Origin: Octopus vulgaris
Lineage: Eukaryota
Length of the DNA: 64,000 nt
Assembly: GCA_951406725.2 (NCBI GenBank)
Contig: OX597828.1
Span: 19,902,001-19,966,000, forward strand
Direction of reading: 5' to 3'
A program made the translations under genes and the position numbers. Under the pieces are notes generated by a model that saw only the letters and a list, made by a program, of their open reading frames with translations, made no database searches and was not told where the DNA came from. Shown one piece after another: positions 27,105-41,329 of this stretch (positions within the stretch are counted from its first letter, which is position 1; every line of letters starts with the position of its first letter).

Positions 27105-27342
27105 GTTTGTGTGTGTGTGTGTAGTTAAGGATTTCATACTATCAACCGCACATTCAAGTACACTTCCCTGTAGGCATAGAAGTGATTTCTCCTGAAATAG
27201 CAATAGGAAACCCCAAAGTACTTTTAGACATATGTCTATAACACCTGTTTGTGGCATACATAAGATAAACTTTACACACACTTAAATCCAACAATTATGG
27301 AATGCTCTCTTCACACACAGCAATACATATACAAACAAAACC

Positions 27343-27457
<115 letters not shown>

Positions 27458-28353
27458 TGTATACATACATATATACATCCATACATATGTATATATGTAT
27501 GTGCGTATATGCGCATCGTACTTCATAATACACGGCGTAACTCATCTAAATGCAATATTTATTTTTTTGCTCATTCAAAATGTTTAAAATATAATTAAAA
27601 AAATAATTAGATGTGTTACAACGAAAGTTATGTGAATGAAATAGAACGGGTTGCGAGATTTAAATATTCTCAGTTTCCTTAGAGACCAAATGTTTTAATC
27701 TAAAATAATTTTTTAGGCTTGAAGAATCTGAACATTTAATTGATAGAAGAGTGAAAAAAAAAATCATTTTAGTAAGTAAAAAAATGAAAGTATTTTCTTA
27801 TTTTATATTTTTCTTTGAAATCCAGCGTGTGATTCTAATAATGTTATTATTTTGTGGTTGTTTTAATAGGAAATGTAGTTTTTAATTGGATTACGTTGTT
27901 GTTTTCATATACTGTTCAAATTTAAGCAAAATACTGAATGCATACAGGCACATAGACACACATATAGACACATACGCATTGACGCGTACAGCTTACAGAC
28001 ATATATGTGTGTATGCGTGTGTGCGTGTGCGTGAGTTTGTGTGCAATTGTGCGTGTATGTATATGTATGTATATGTATTTGCGTAGTACGTATATAATCG
28101 CATAAAAGCAATTGTCACAACGTCATATAAAAACAGTCTCCAATAACTAGTTTAAGAGTGTATTCAAAAAGCTCGCATACATGCACACAAACACACGGAT
28201 AGACAGACACAGAAACAGTGAGATAGAAATACATACACACAAACACTCACGCACGTACACACATACACACACACGCACACACACACACACACATGGACAT
28301 ACATAGTGTATGATTGTATTTCACAAAAATAATTAATTAGCAATAGCAGATAC

Positions 28354-28439
<86 letters not shown>

Positions 28440-28589
28440 ACACACATGGACTGTATACATATATATATATATATATATAAATACATAGACACACATATAT
28501 ACACACATATAAAAATTATGCTTATAAATGCAGGTATATACGTTGTATGCACACACTCACACAAACACATATATTCACACACACACACA

Positions 28590-28651
<62 letters not shown>

Positions 28652-28837
28652 AGGATGCACACGAATATCTTCATGCAGACCTACATTTATCAAAAAATAC
28701 ACATAAACAAGCATATAGTCTCAGGGAAAACAAATCGCGCAGATTTAAACTCCGAAATTGAAGAGAATCTTAAAATTTTGCTCTAAAGCGAAACACTTAT
28801 ATTTATAACGCAAAATATCATGTTCGAATCGTATATA

Positions 28838-28939
<102 letters not shown>

Positions 28940-28981
28940 CATATATATATGCATATATATATATATATGTATATATATATA

Positions 28982-29036
<55 letters not shown>

Positions 29037-29044
<8 letters not shown>

Positions 29045-29185
29045 GCAGTCAAAGAGTAATAGCTATTCTTTCTACTAAAAGGGAGATCTCAGTAAAAACA
29101 CAGCACTTGAAAGGCAAACACAGACAGGTAAGAGATCTCCCTTTTAGTAGAAAGAATAGCTAGTACTCTTTGACTGCTATTTCTA
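29037..29185. repeat. 54-bp inverted repeat (1 mismatch, 41-nt spacer) next to (TA)n
   Basis: Arms 29037-29090 and 29132-29185. Confidence 0.92.
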
Positions 29186-29362
29186 AATTCGGTGTGTGGT
29201 GAGGCAATTCGTTGCTAAACCCTTAATTACTTAGTATTACTTAAACTTTCCTCGAAAGAGGCTTTTACATGCCGAGATCTACTTGGTGTAATTAATGATT
29301 ATTCCAAATTAATTAATTTCAACCTATATTGTTACTGATATATATATATATATATATATATC

Positions 29363-29429
29363 ATGGGGATTTTGCGAACCTGGGTTCTCATTCCTAAGGT
29401 ATTTTTCGATGTTGATGTTGTTATTGTTG

Positions 29430-29469
<40 letters not shown>

Positions 29470-29577
29470 CATTATTACTATCACTGTCTCTTAACCACTA
29501 TACCATATGCCCGTGGCATAGTGGTTAAGAGACCAGTTACTAACCCGAAGATTCCGAGTTCGATTCCAAGCAGTGAG

Positions 29578-29651
<74 letters not shown>

Positions 29652-29860
29652 TGATGATGATGATGATGATGAATGATGATGATGATGATGAGAATAATAA
29701 TAATAATAACAACATCTGATAATATCTTATTAATGAGAACCCAGGTTCGAAAATCTCCAAGACACCTGAAGAAGACTGGGGATTATATCAACAAGAGGGT
29801 ATAACAACCAACAAGATGAGGACAATACTCGTCAAATGTAAATAATGTAAATAATGTTCA
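29363..29860. mobile_element. Fold-back element with tRNA-like head and decayed hammerhead-like tail
   Basis: Inner IR gtctcttaaccactat / atagtggttaagagac. Head tggcatagtggttaag...gagttcgattcc. Outer IR gaacctgggttctcatt / aatgagaacccaggttc. Tail cctgaagaagactgg... Confidence 0.6.
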
Positions 29861-30909
29861 GTGAGTTGGTTCAACTTTGTGAAAACAATGAGTGACAGGC
29901 AACATGACTTCCTGCAGAGATAGTTGTTTGCAGCTTTGTTGGAACAAGTCGATGATCAGGATTGTAGAAATTGCTGGGAAGGAGAGAAAAGATATTGCTA
30001 GAAAACTGCCAGAAGACAGTGCGAAAGCTGGCCATTATGTCTGGTCAAAGTGAGAGGACGAACTGTACAGCAAGAACGAGCAATGAGGGTGATGAAAACA
30101 TCTTGCTCTGAGTCTCAACGTATGACTCAATAAAGCTTGTGCAATTTTGCTTAAGTTTTGTCGCTATTATTGGTAGGCAGCTCTGATAAGCGCAGCTGTC
30201 GCGGTGAAAGGGGTCGAGACAGCTATAGAACTGCTTCACTGCCTGATAAGACAGAACCCCTAAATTTGGAGACAGAATACAGCCGTAGCCTCAGCACACA
30301 AACTCAGATTTTACTCCGTATGAATGTATGTATATACGTGTGTACACACACACACACGCACACACACGCACGTCCACACACAGGTACATACATGCGCACT
30401 CACGCACGCACACACACACACACATATCCTTATTCACTGAATATGCACAGGATCTGAACGTCCCTCCTTTCAGTTACCATGTTCGCATTCGAAGTGATCA
30501 CCCGAAAGTCTTGATACACTTAACACGCTAAAGTGGGTGATTGCTTTTGTCGATTGCACAAAGCGGAATTGAAATATGAAACCAGCGAGCAGGAAAAAAA
30601 ATTAAGCAAGAAGGAATTCTCTCTAAAATTCTGATGAACATCAGAGAGCAAAAGACACACAACAGCATGCATGCGTGTTTATATATATATATATATATAT
30701 ATTTTAAATTTTGATTTGAAAACTCCACTAGAATGGGAGAAAGCGCTAATGATCTGAATGATATGATGTGAATGATATGATCTTAATGATATGATATATA
30801 TATGTAAAAAATGTAATATATAAATAAATATCTGTAAATATGAACCATCCGATCTTCTGATTACCTCATTTCTTCTAATATATAATACCTGTACATCATC
30901 TCCAAACCT

Positions 30910-30957
<48 letters not shown>

Positions 30958-31384
30958 GTACGTGTGTGTTTGTGCTTTCGTATTTTACAAATATTTTTTT
31001 ATTAATCGAGAAACTAGAGTGAATCCGTGGCTAGAGTTTCGTACCAATGTACTAATGAAACTTTGATATGTGCATTGGCACGTAATACAAAGCCCTACAA
31101 ACAACTGTAGTTTCTTGACTAATAAAATCTGTATACAAAGACTTACAACATGTCCTTCTCTCTTTCTCTTTGTAACCATCACTCGCTCTCTCCTCGCTCG
31201 CGCGCACACAGACGTTGGCCGTAACACATACATGCTTATGTGAGTGCACGAGTGTATATATTTGTTTGCTTACAAGATATACAAGCACGTTGTATAAATA
31301 AATTACAAAATAAGATAGAAAAACCGATTCGGAGACTTAAGGGATTAGTGGCTCTAGAATGCACAAATTAAATGATGGAGTTGT

Positions 31385-31820
31385 ATACATACGTACATAC
31401 ATACATACATACATACATACATACATACATACATACATACATACGTACGTACGTACATACATACATACATACACACACATACATAAACACATGCATAAGT
31501 ACATACATATATATAATCATACATACATACACACATACATGCATACACACATACATACATACACACATACATATATACACACATACATACAGACATACAC
31601 ACATGCATATATACACACATACATATATACACACATACATATATACACACATACATATATACACATATACATACACACATACATACATACACGTATACAT
31701 ACATACACACATACATACACACACACTTACATACACACATGCATGCATACATACATACATATATACATACATACATACATACATACATACATCATACATA
31801 TATGTGTACATATGTATATA
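31385..31820. repeat. Degenerate (TACA)n/(CA)n/(TA)n microsatellite
   Basis: Directly visible; source of several spurious ORFs. Confidence 0.95.
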
Positions 31821-32077
31821 CAGTTATTCATACATATGTGTCTGTGTGTCTTTGTATATATGTTTCTTATTTGTTTACATACATGCACTCACAAAAAAAT
31901 ATATTTCTGCATTTGTATTTTTTATTTTATGCAATCTCCGGAAGTAGACATTTATGTAGAGACATATTTATGTGTATATATATATAAATGTGTGTTTAGG
32001 TGCGTGGGTGGGTGTATATGTGCATACATACATGATGTCTATCTATATCTGTGGGGGGGAGTGTGTGTGTGTGTGTA

Positions 32078-32123
<46 letters not shown>

Positions 32124-32452
32124 TGAGTGAGTGTGAATTGGTAAGAGTTACATTACTGGGTGTATATTCCTCTAGGAAAAAGTGTACTCAATCCTGAATG
32201 TCGAGTATATATTTCAAGAATCTGAAAAAACAAGGGATCTCTGTGACTAGCCGTTTCATTGATTGATTTTTTTAGGCAAGTGAATCACATGTTATTGTAA
32301 TAAGAAACAGGAGAAATACATTAAAAAATATAGAACGAAATATAAGAAAATAGACGTGATTATCATGGCTTGATCGCCTTTTTGTAATGGTTCTGTTCGA
32401 TGAATGCTGATACAAGTTTAAGCTACAACAATAATAACAACAGTTATAAACC

Positions 32453-32688
32453 AGATTGTTGGCCAACATAACATGGCGTCCTGGTTTAGAACGAATGTTG
32501 CTGTAATTTAGCCCCAGGAGACATTGTTTCCAGCTGGCTATAGGACCCCATCTATGTCCTATTTTCGAACAAGGGAATCTAGCACACCCGCTCAACTCAA
32601 AGATTCCCTTGTTCGATGTCTCATGAGGCTTAATTACAGCAACATTCGTCCTAAACCAAGACTGCCATTTTATGTTGGCAAACAATCT
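32453..32688. mobile_element. Fold-back MITE-like element, ~72-bp TIRs plus two internal hairpins
   Basis: Arms 32453-32524 / 32616-32688. Internal IRs ataggac/gtcctat and tcgaacaagggaatct/agattcccttgttcga. Confidence 0.75.
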
Positions 32689-33216
32689 TTACTACAAAGC
32701 ACTGTTGCTGAATATCTCACGTTGTGAGATTTAAAAATAGTAATTTTCTAAGTTACAAACCAGTCTCGAAGGCACCACAATTGAACAAGAGCACTTCTTT
32801 TACTTCTCTGACAAATACGTACTTAAAACAAATTAGATTCTTAATATTTTCAACACTAGAAATAGCCACCACTCTATGGTTTCAGTGTGGTGAACAATGG
32901 CTCTTTTATATCTATTATAATTCTATTGAAATACACTGACTTCGTTTCAATTAATTTTGGATATAAGGAAGAATTTAGTTAAACGATTTTATAGCAGTGT
33001 GTTTGGCACACAATTTACCATGATTAAATGTATTGCTTTAAGTTTGATCATTTTAAACGAGGCACTTAATATCACAGAACTAGGAGCGGTCGTGTGTAGG
33101 CTTTAGTATGAGAAAGAAGTGGTGAAGGTGAATTAGGAAAACTAATAATGAACAATTAACACATTTTTATTAGGATGAGAAGAACATGAGGGACTACATT
33201 AAATGTTGCTTACTAT

Positions 33217-33880
33217 GACAGCGAGCTGGCAGAATCGTTAGCACGCCTGGCGAAAAGCTTAGTGGTTTTCGTCTGCCGTTACGCTCTGAGTTCAAATTCT
33301 GCCGAGGTCGACTTTGCCTTTCATCGTTTTGGGGTCGATAAATTAAGTAGCAGTTACGCACTGGGGTCGATGTAATCGACTTAATCCCTTTGTCTGTCTT
33401 TGTTTGTCCCCTCTACGTTTAGCCCCTTGTGGGCAATAAAGAAATAAGAAACGTTATCGCAGCAGATGAAATGCTTTGATGCAGTTCTTCTGGTTTTATG
33501 TTCTGTGTACAAAAGCCGCCCAGGTCGACTTTCAATTTCATCCTATCGTGGTCGATGAAATAAGTACCAGTGGAGCATTGGGGTAGGTGATATCAACTTA
33601 TCTTTTCCCTTAAAAATGCTGACCTTGTGCCAGTAGCTGAATCTGTCACGATTAGGCTTATTAAGGCAACGAGGTGGTAGGCTCAATAGCGTGTCGCACA
33701 AAATGCTTAGTGAAATTTCTCCCGGCTGTTTACATTGAGTGTTCAAAAGTACGCTGAAGCTGACATTTCTTTTCATCCTTTCGGAGGTCGATGCAATTAG
33801 TAACAGCTGTGCACTGAGTACGATGAAACTGTGTTACCGGCCCACCCCTAAAATTGATGAGCTTTTGCCAAGGTTTGCGA
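33217..33880 (+). mobile_element. SINE family 2: well-preserved unit (33217-33447) followed by two degraded units
   Basis: gcgagctggcagaatcgttagcacg...gagttcaaattctgccgaggtcgactttgcctttcatc; tRNA-like A/B boxes. Confidence 0.87.
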
Positions 33881-33911
33881 GAATTTTCATCATCGTCTTT
33901 ATTATTATTAC

Positions 33912-34464
33912 TGAGTGAGAGTGCAGCGCATGCCATCAAGGTGACACTGGGGTACAACTATACGAAACCCAATATACCCGTCATGACTGCCTGTCTGATA
34001 AGGGTATACCAGGTACATACATCATAATGTTATGTGCGCGACATGGTGATCTCATATGAAGATAAATCTTGCATGACCTTTCAGGTGGGGTCCAGTTCAA
34101 ATTTTCTTCAGTTTGAATTAGCTTATCCTGCTCAAAAGGTTCGTGAATAAGGTTTGTTTAAGGATGATGAACGAAACACCCATATTTCCAGAGGTGAATT
34201 ATAAAATCTCAAAGAATTCCTCTCAACACATGGCAATAATCTTCCCCCACTACTCCAGTTCATGATCAGAGATGCACATATCAGTCACCAAGGGACATGG
34301 TCAACTGGTTAGGGTCAAACAACTGACAAGCAAATCTGTGGTATGGGCAGAATATTTGCTGTAGCCCATCATTTATACCAAGACAAAATAATGTACATAA
34401 TAACACTTCCAATCAATTAAGATTAGAAGCCATGAGAATCATTGTAGGGTATTGCATCAGGGCA

Positions 34465-34466
<2 letters not shown>
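33912..34466 (-). mobile_element. Family T element, full length
   Basis: Reverse complement of 22297-22860 with the same two termini; flanked by (TTA)n and (TCA)n. Confidence 0.85.
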
Positions 34467-34495
<29 letters not shown>

Positions 34496-35480
34496 CTATC
34501 GTTATCACTTGTACCACGCCAGGGACACTGGTGGATCAGCTGGGTGGGCCTTACAACAAATAATTCTGTCTTGGAGGAGATGAGAAGGAGAAGGAAAATT
34601 AGCGACAGCAAAACTTCAATGTTTTGATAATGTCAGCAGAGTCCAAAATCTTCGTGCTCGCATCTTCAGCGGTAGTGCAGGTACCCGTTTGAACGGATTA
34701 GCATTGCAGCAAAAACAACGATATAGCAATTACATATATGACTAGACTAGGAGGGAGTAGCACTAAGACTATAGTAGGGCATGTGGTGGTCATACTAGAC
34801 GTAGTGTCTTGCGAGTAATGGTGGTTATGTTTGAAGGTTCCCGATGCTGAAACATACCGATTTGTGTGTTCATTTACTCACCCATTCACTGCTTCTTTTA
34901 GCCTCTTTCGTTGTTTGTTGCTACTGTTGCAACTAATCCCACTTTACAGAAGTAGTCATAAATAACACTTAGTAATGGCGATGAGATTAATCGATGACTG
35001 AATCAACTGAGATAAACGAGTTAAATTTAATAATTGAATAAAGTAGCTGTGCTCGAGTATTTATCATTGTAGTTGAAGATTACACTTCTCCAAGGAGTTA
35101 AACGTAATGTGGTGGCAAGCTGACAAATCATTCATTTTATTTCAGTTATACTACAATACGGACGCTTACAATAAAAAATAATGTACTTACCTAGGTGTAC
35201 TTATTTAATACTGGGTGGACAGATGAAAATGCAATTTAAGTCTGTTGGCCACTTGAGTGTAAAAAAAGAACAAATGGACCCAAATGTTTAATGTATTGCA
35301 GTTACTTCTTTTGATACCCTTGTATGTTTGTATGCATGCAATCACGTATGCATGTATGTATATATATATATATATATATACATATATACATATATATATA
35401 TATATGTATAAATATATATATATATATATTTATATGTATGTATATATATATGTATATATATATGTATATAGATATGTTTA

Positions 35481-35558
<78 letters not shown>

Positions 35559-35672
35559 AATGAGGAGTTCAACGTAGGTCATATATCAGCATGTGTATAC
35601 TTAAAAAACAATTAACAGAATGAGATAAAAATCCAAGGATGTCAAAGATTTCAGAACATTTATAAATAGAAG

Positions 35673-35720
35673 GTCTTACAGCTGTTTCCGAGATTTTTTA
35701 TATATCCCTTCATCGGAGAC
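35673..35720 (-). ncRNA. Minimal hammerhead-like motif
   Basis: GTCT-CCGATGA-A-GGGAT(loop)ATCTC-G-GAA-ACAGCTGT-A-AGAC: palindromic stem III and a GUA cleavage triplet. Confidence 0.6.
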
Positions 35721-35969
35721 GGCGTGAGAAAATGGTTAAGTAATAATTATTCTAGATAAGATATGAAATAGAGAGTGAAGTAGAGGAATGAAAATAGACG
35801 TGAGATATGTAGGGCTATTGTATCTGTAGTTCGATTATTTAGGCAGAATGGTATATATATATATAAGATTCGTGTACCTTGTAAGTTCCAATAGTATTTA
35901 AAATTGGTCATTCCAAGTATAGAGTTTATAAATCGAGGGTTTCTTTTAATAGTATGTCCATAGCACTTA

Positions 35970-36025
<56 letters not shown>

Positions 36026-36032
36026 ATGTATA

Positions 36033-36097
<65 letters not shown>

Positions 36098-36530
36098 GTG
36101 TAGACTCACATTCTTTATTATGATGCACGTATTTTTCATAAGTATAAATATGAGTATCCCAAATTTTTCTCTGCTATTTCCTTTATCAAGTCCTCTATAA
36201 TAATAATTTCTTATTTATACTTTTTGCACTGAAGAGAACAGGGATATATAATTAACTTAATCATTCTACACTGCAATTTTTAATGCATGTTTTAATATCA
36301 CTGTTTGAAACGATCGTATGCATGGATTCAAATTGTTTCAAATTTTAACATCTTTTCTTCTCCATTTGTAACAAATTTGTTGAGTTTTATGGATACCTTT
36401 CCATACATTCCGATAACACGCCATATACAAATATTATTTTCATATTCACCAACTTACGCGAGTAAGCTACCAGCAAAATATGCATTTTTAGCCACATTGT
36501 GTTATGATGGAATAATAATAATAATAATAA

Positions 36531-37810
36531 TACAGATACAGATACAGAACGACTTTATCTGCCAAGAAAAGAGGGAGGCCGTGGACTTTTACAACTGGCA
36601 ATAACAATGAAGATTGCTACAATTTGCCTAGACACCTACCTGAAAAACTCTGAGGACTGGATGTTAAAACTTGTCTCAAAACATGAAAACAAGAAAGCAT
36701 CATACTCAGTAACAAAACAGGCAAAGGAATATCTAAGTGAATTCCGAATACAACAAATTTCGGAATTAGAGATAGACATACAAGAAACAGGCACAGAAAA
36801 AGCTAAGCGCATGAAAACTCGTGCTAAATCTGCGGCCTTAGATATTCTGAATGATAAATGGCAAGAAAAACCTCTCTGTGGCAAATACCCAAAGAGAGCG
36901 AATAATGCAGATGTTGACAAAGCCCTGACCCATCAATGGCTAATGGCCTCTGGCTTAAAATCTGAAACAGAGGGGTTTATCATAGCAGCTCAAGATCAAT
37001 GCCTACCAACAAAAAACTACCAGGCCAACATATTAAAGATCAGCAGCAGTCCAACGTCTCGTGTACGCCAGCAACAAAATGAAACCATTGATCATGTGGT
37101 CTCCAAGTGCAGTCTTCTAGCGCCTACAGAGTATCTCAACAGGCACGATAGAACTGCACAATATATTCACTGGGTAATCTGCAAAAACCTGGATTTGCCC
37201 CATGAAAAAACTGGTGCGAACACAAGCCACCGCCAGTGCTTGAAAATGACCACATCTCACTCCTCTGGAACTTCACCATTCAAACTGACAAAAAGATAGA
37301 TGCAAATAGGCCAGACATCATATTGAAAGACTTCAAGCAAAGAACATGGCCCCTCATTGATATGACTGTCCCAATCGATATAAACGTATCTGTCAAGACC
37401 TACCAAAAACTGAGCAAATATAAAGATCTTGAAATAGAAATCAGTAAAATGTGGAACCTGAAGACTAAAACAATACCTGTTGTCATAGGTGCCCTGGGAA
37501 TGATAGCAAAAGGGGCTGATAGCTACCTAACTCAGATACCAGGAAACCCCAAAATGGCAGAAATTCAAAAGATAGTGCTCATGGGAACTGCTCATATCCT
37601 ACGCAAAATACTTTCTATGTAATCTCAAGGTTTGAAACAAACAGTTTTTAAAATTTTTTTTTAGACATCCACCAGTACAACACAAAAAACAACCAAATAT
37701 ATGGCACACTAGGCATAACAACAACGTGAACTTCCAACCTGTTGTCTCTTGAGGTTTCCGGGTGAGACTTGGAGCCAACTTGTACAAATATAAAGCAAAA
37801 GTCAAACATA
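36531..37810 (+). mobile_element. 5'-truncated Dong/R4-clade non-LTR retrotransposon (RT thumb, CCHC, restriction-like endonuclease) inserted in (TAA)n
   Basis: ERLYLPRKEGGRGL, WQEKPLCGKY, WL..GLKSETEGFIIAAQDQ, decayed CCHC (SRVR..ETIDHVVSKC), RHD, RPDI..D..K..KY, VIGALG. TAA repeats on both flanks. Confidence 0.92.
36547..37622 (+). pseudogene. Disrupted C-terminal ORF of the Dong/R4 element
   Basis: ORFs 36607-37299 and 37236-37622 are joined by a frameshift in the A-run near 37205-37210 (HEK/NWCEHKPPPVLEND). The first two zinc-knuckle Cys are replaced. Confidence 0.85.
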
Positions 37811-37863
37811 TAATAATAATAATAATAATAACAATAACAATAATAATAATAATAATAATAATA

Positions 37864-37894
<31 letters not shown>

Positions 37895-38089
37895 AGATAA
37901 TAACAACAACAACAACAACAACAATATCTTGACATGAGATCACTATGTTGAACATATATGGTTATGATGCATGGGTCTGGTGTACCCTAATCAGACGTGT
38001 AGTCATGAAGGGAATATTGGGCTTTGTGTATGCACTGTTCTCTCAACTATGGCAATGCTTATGATGGAGAAAAGGAGAATAGAAATATG

Positions 38090-38710
38090 ACATGATGCGA
38101 CGACGACGACGATGATGATGATAATGACGATGGTCAGACAACGATGACGATGCTATTGATAATTCGGATGATGACGTGGATAATAATAATGTTTTCAAGA
38201 TGATGAGAGTGTATTAGAATGAAATCCATTACGTTTATGATAACGGTGATGACAAAGTGACGATATTGATAAGACAATGATGGCGATTACGTCATGTGGA
38301 TAAAGATGCAGATAATGATAACAATTATGTGATGATAATGAAGAGAAAAGTAAATGATGTTGATGGTGATGACGACGCCGACGATGCTGATGCTGATGTT
38401 GATGAGATCCATTTCAAATATGAATATGATGATGATGACGATAATGACGACGATGACATCTACGATGATAATGATCTTGAAAATGGTGATGATGATGATG
38501 AGGAGGATGAGGTGGAGGAGGAGGACGATCAGGGTGATGATAATGTAGACGCTGACGATGGTGTTGATGACAATAATTACAGCTGCGGGGGAGCTGCTGG
38601 TTACGGCCCTGGTGGCTGCAAGTAGCCTTGCTACTGCTGCTGCTGCTGTTGCAGCTGATGGCAATGATGATGACAATTACGGTGATGTTGATGAGAGCGA
38701 TGGTAATGAG
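38090..38710. repeat. Degenerate (GAT/GAC)n and (GCT)n tract
   Basis: Directly visible. Confidence 0.85.
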
Positions 38711-38948
38711 GCAAGTAATAATACCAGTGATTAAGGCGCAGCCATGTCACTTAATAAGGAACCAGTTAAAGCTGCACAACGCAGTAGTTTTAATAATAAC
38801 GACAGTTTAGTAAAAGATTGCCAATTTGTAGCAGCTACACGTAATAGACTCATTGCGTTAGTCTGAAAAGCCAAAACAGGAATTGACCATTAAAAGTAGA
38901 TATATACATGTTTCTGTGTGTATCTGTCTGTTTGTCTGCATGTTTGTG

Positions 38949-39017
<69 letters not shown>

Positions 39018-39022
39018 GTCTA

Positions 39023-39139
<117 letters not shown>

Positions 39140-39217
39140 ATATATATATGTGTGTGTGTGTATATATATATATACAAATACATAGACATTATATATGTGT
39201 GTGTGGCTGCGAATTTA

Positions 39218-39259
<42 letters not shown>

Positions 39260-39727
39260 CGTGTGTATATATGTGTGTGTGAGTGTACATGTATGTAAGT
39301 ATGTGTGTGCTTATGTGTTTCAATAAACCGATGAAAAACGTCGTGACAAACAGCATCTGGTTACGTCCAGTGATAATCCAGTCGTTCATTATTAAGAATC
39401 AATAAAATAAATACCTGACCAAAGGAAGCAATATTTGATAATATCGACTAAAAGCATTTAAAGCAATGCCCCAGCGCGGCCACAATTCTTTTGACTACGA
39501 CCAATCAAAAAGGATTTGTATAAGTGTGTTCGAGGTAAATATTTTAATTCCCCGGTTTTGTCATTGAAGTCCTATGATCCCAATCATTTGATTGCATTCT
39601 CTTGGAAACAATATTTCCACTCACAGAGAAAAATCAATTTATCTGATGATAGCACTTTGTTAGAAACTCGTGGAAGGAAAATACGAAATTCAAAATCGTA
39701 GCACATGCGTGCACAAAAATATAGTCG

Positions 39728-40135
39728 CTCTTTTACTCTTTTACTTGTTTCAAGGCATTCGACTTTAGCCATGGTGGAGCACCACCTTTTAGTCGTGCAA
39801 ATCGACCCCAGGAATTATTCCTTGTAAGCCTAGTACTTATTCTATCGGTCTCTTTTGCCGAACCGCTAGGCTACGGGGACGTGAACACACCAGCATCGGT
39901 TGTCAAGCGGTGCTGGGGGACAAACACAGACACATAAAACACACACACACACATATTTATATATACATATATACCTCGGGCTTCTTTCAGTTTCCGTCTA
40001 CCAAATCCACTCACAAGGCTTTGGTCGGCCCGAGGCTATAGTAAAAGACACTTGCCCAAAGTGCCACGCAGTGGGACTGAACCCGGGACCATGTGGTTGG
40101 TAAGCAAGCTACTTAGCACACAGCCACTCCTGCGC
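39728..40135 (-). mobile_element. SINE family 1, full length
   Basis: Complete reverse copy from ctcttttactcttttacttgtttca to cacagccactcctgcgc. Confidence 0.9.
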
Positions 40136-40394
40136 AAATATAATTAGGTTTTGTCCCTCAGCTACATATATATTCTTTTTCAGTTATCATTTCCCTCCGG
40201 GGTCAAATAACGAAGGAGTCCTAAAGATCTCTATACATTCTAAGTTAATTTACAGTAAAGAATACACTATTAAAATGTAATGTAAAGGTAAATAAATACC
40301 GCGAAGCGTTTTGTTCGACGCTCAGACATTTTGCTATTCCACTGCACCTAAATGATGATGATTGCAACGATAATGGTGACAATGATGATAGTTA

Positions 40395-40960
40395 TTGGCT
40401 TGTCTGGAAAGTTCGTGCCGATTTATAGTAGCTTACCTTTCGACTTATTTTAGAACATGGTTGAGTCCATAAAATAGGATTTTACTACACCTCCATTTAA
40501 AGCATAGTTTAAGCTATCTTTTCGTGCAAGAAGATTTATGTTCCTATAACCTGTGTTAATTTTGTAACCCTTTAGAATGGAAGATAAGAAAGTTCATTTT
40601 CGGCACTTGATGCTTTGGGAACCAGACAAAAATTGCTGCAACTCAGCTGTGATGTGTTACCCCACCCTCCATATTCACCGGATATTGCTCCTTCGGATCG
40701 CCACTTATTCAGGTCTCTGCAGAACAGTCTTAATGGTAAAAGTTTCAATTCCTTAAATGACGTAAAATGATACCTTGATTAATTCTTTACCATGAAACAC
40801 CCTCAATTCAGGGAAGAGGATATTTTCACGGTAAAGGAAAGATGGAGACGCATTGTGCAACAAAATGGTTCGTATTTGGTTGATTAAAAATGTAATGGCA
40901 AGTATTTATTAACATTTTTCTTTCCTTTAAAAATTGGCACGAACTTTCCGGACAACCCCA
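40395..40960 (+). mobile_element. Internally deleted mariner transposon
   Basis: ~30-bp TIRs with TA target duplications. MEDKKVHFRHLMLWE is fused to ..LPHPPYSPDIAPSD.HLFRSLQN..ERWRRIVQQNGSY (YSPDxAPSD motif), with in-frame stops. Confidence 0.92.
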
Positions 40961-41329
40961 TAGAATAATGGTTTTTGATTTAGGGACCACGCCAGCAATT
41001 TCAAAGACACGGGATCAGTCAATGTCTTCAATCTCCATTCCTTTGCTGGTATCTTATCTCATCGAACCGTTGCCAGACTTGGGCAATGAACGTAGTAGAC
41101 TCGACAAGAAATACCGCAAAACACATTTTTCTCGATGGTCGAATGATTCTACCAGGTCGTCGCGACTCTCAGTTATTTCTACTATAAGTACAAGACCAGC
41201 ACTTTTGAGGGGAAGGGCAAGTCACTTACAACGATTCCATTACTTCAATGGTACTTTATTTTACGGAGATATACTTGCATAAGTGACCTGATCTGAGATC
41301 GTGTGCTGGAACGAAAACAATTGCAGCGT

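Noticed and set aside
33217-33310. tRNA genes at SINE heads (also 16-90, 14358-14420, 29510-29575)
   Set aside because: They have A/B-box-like motifs but no complete cloverleaf, and each continues into a repeat body.
38296-38625. Asp/Glu-rich 109-aa ORF resembling an acidic biomineralisation protein
   Set aside because: It lies within a longer degenerate (GAT)n tract with no ATG start, signal peptide or splice support.
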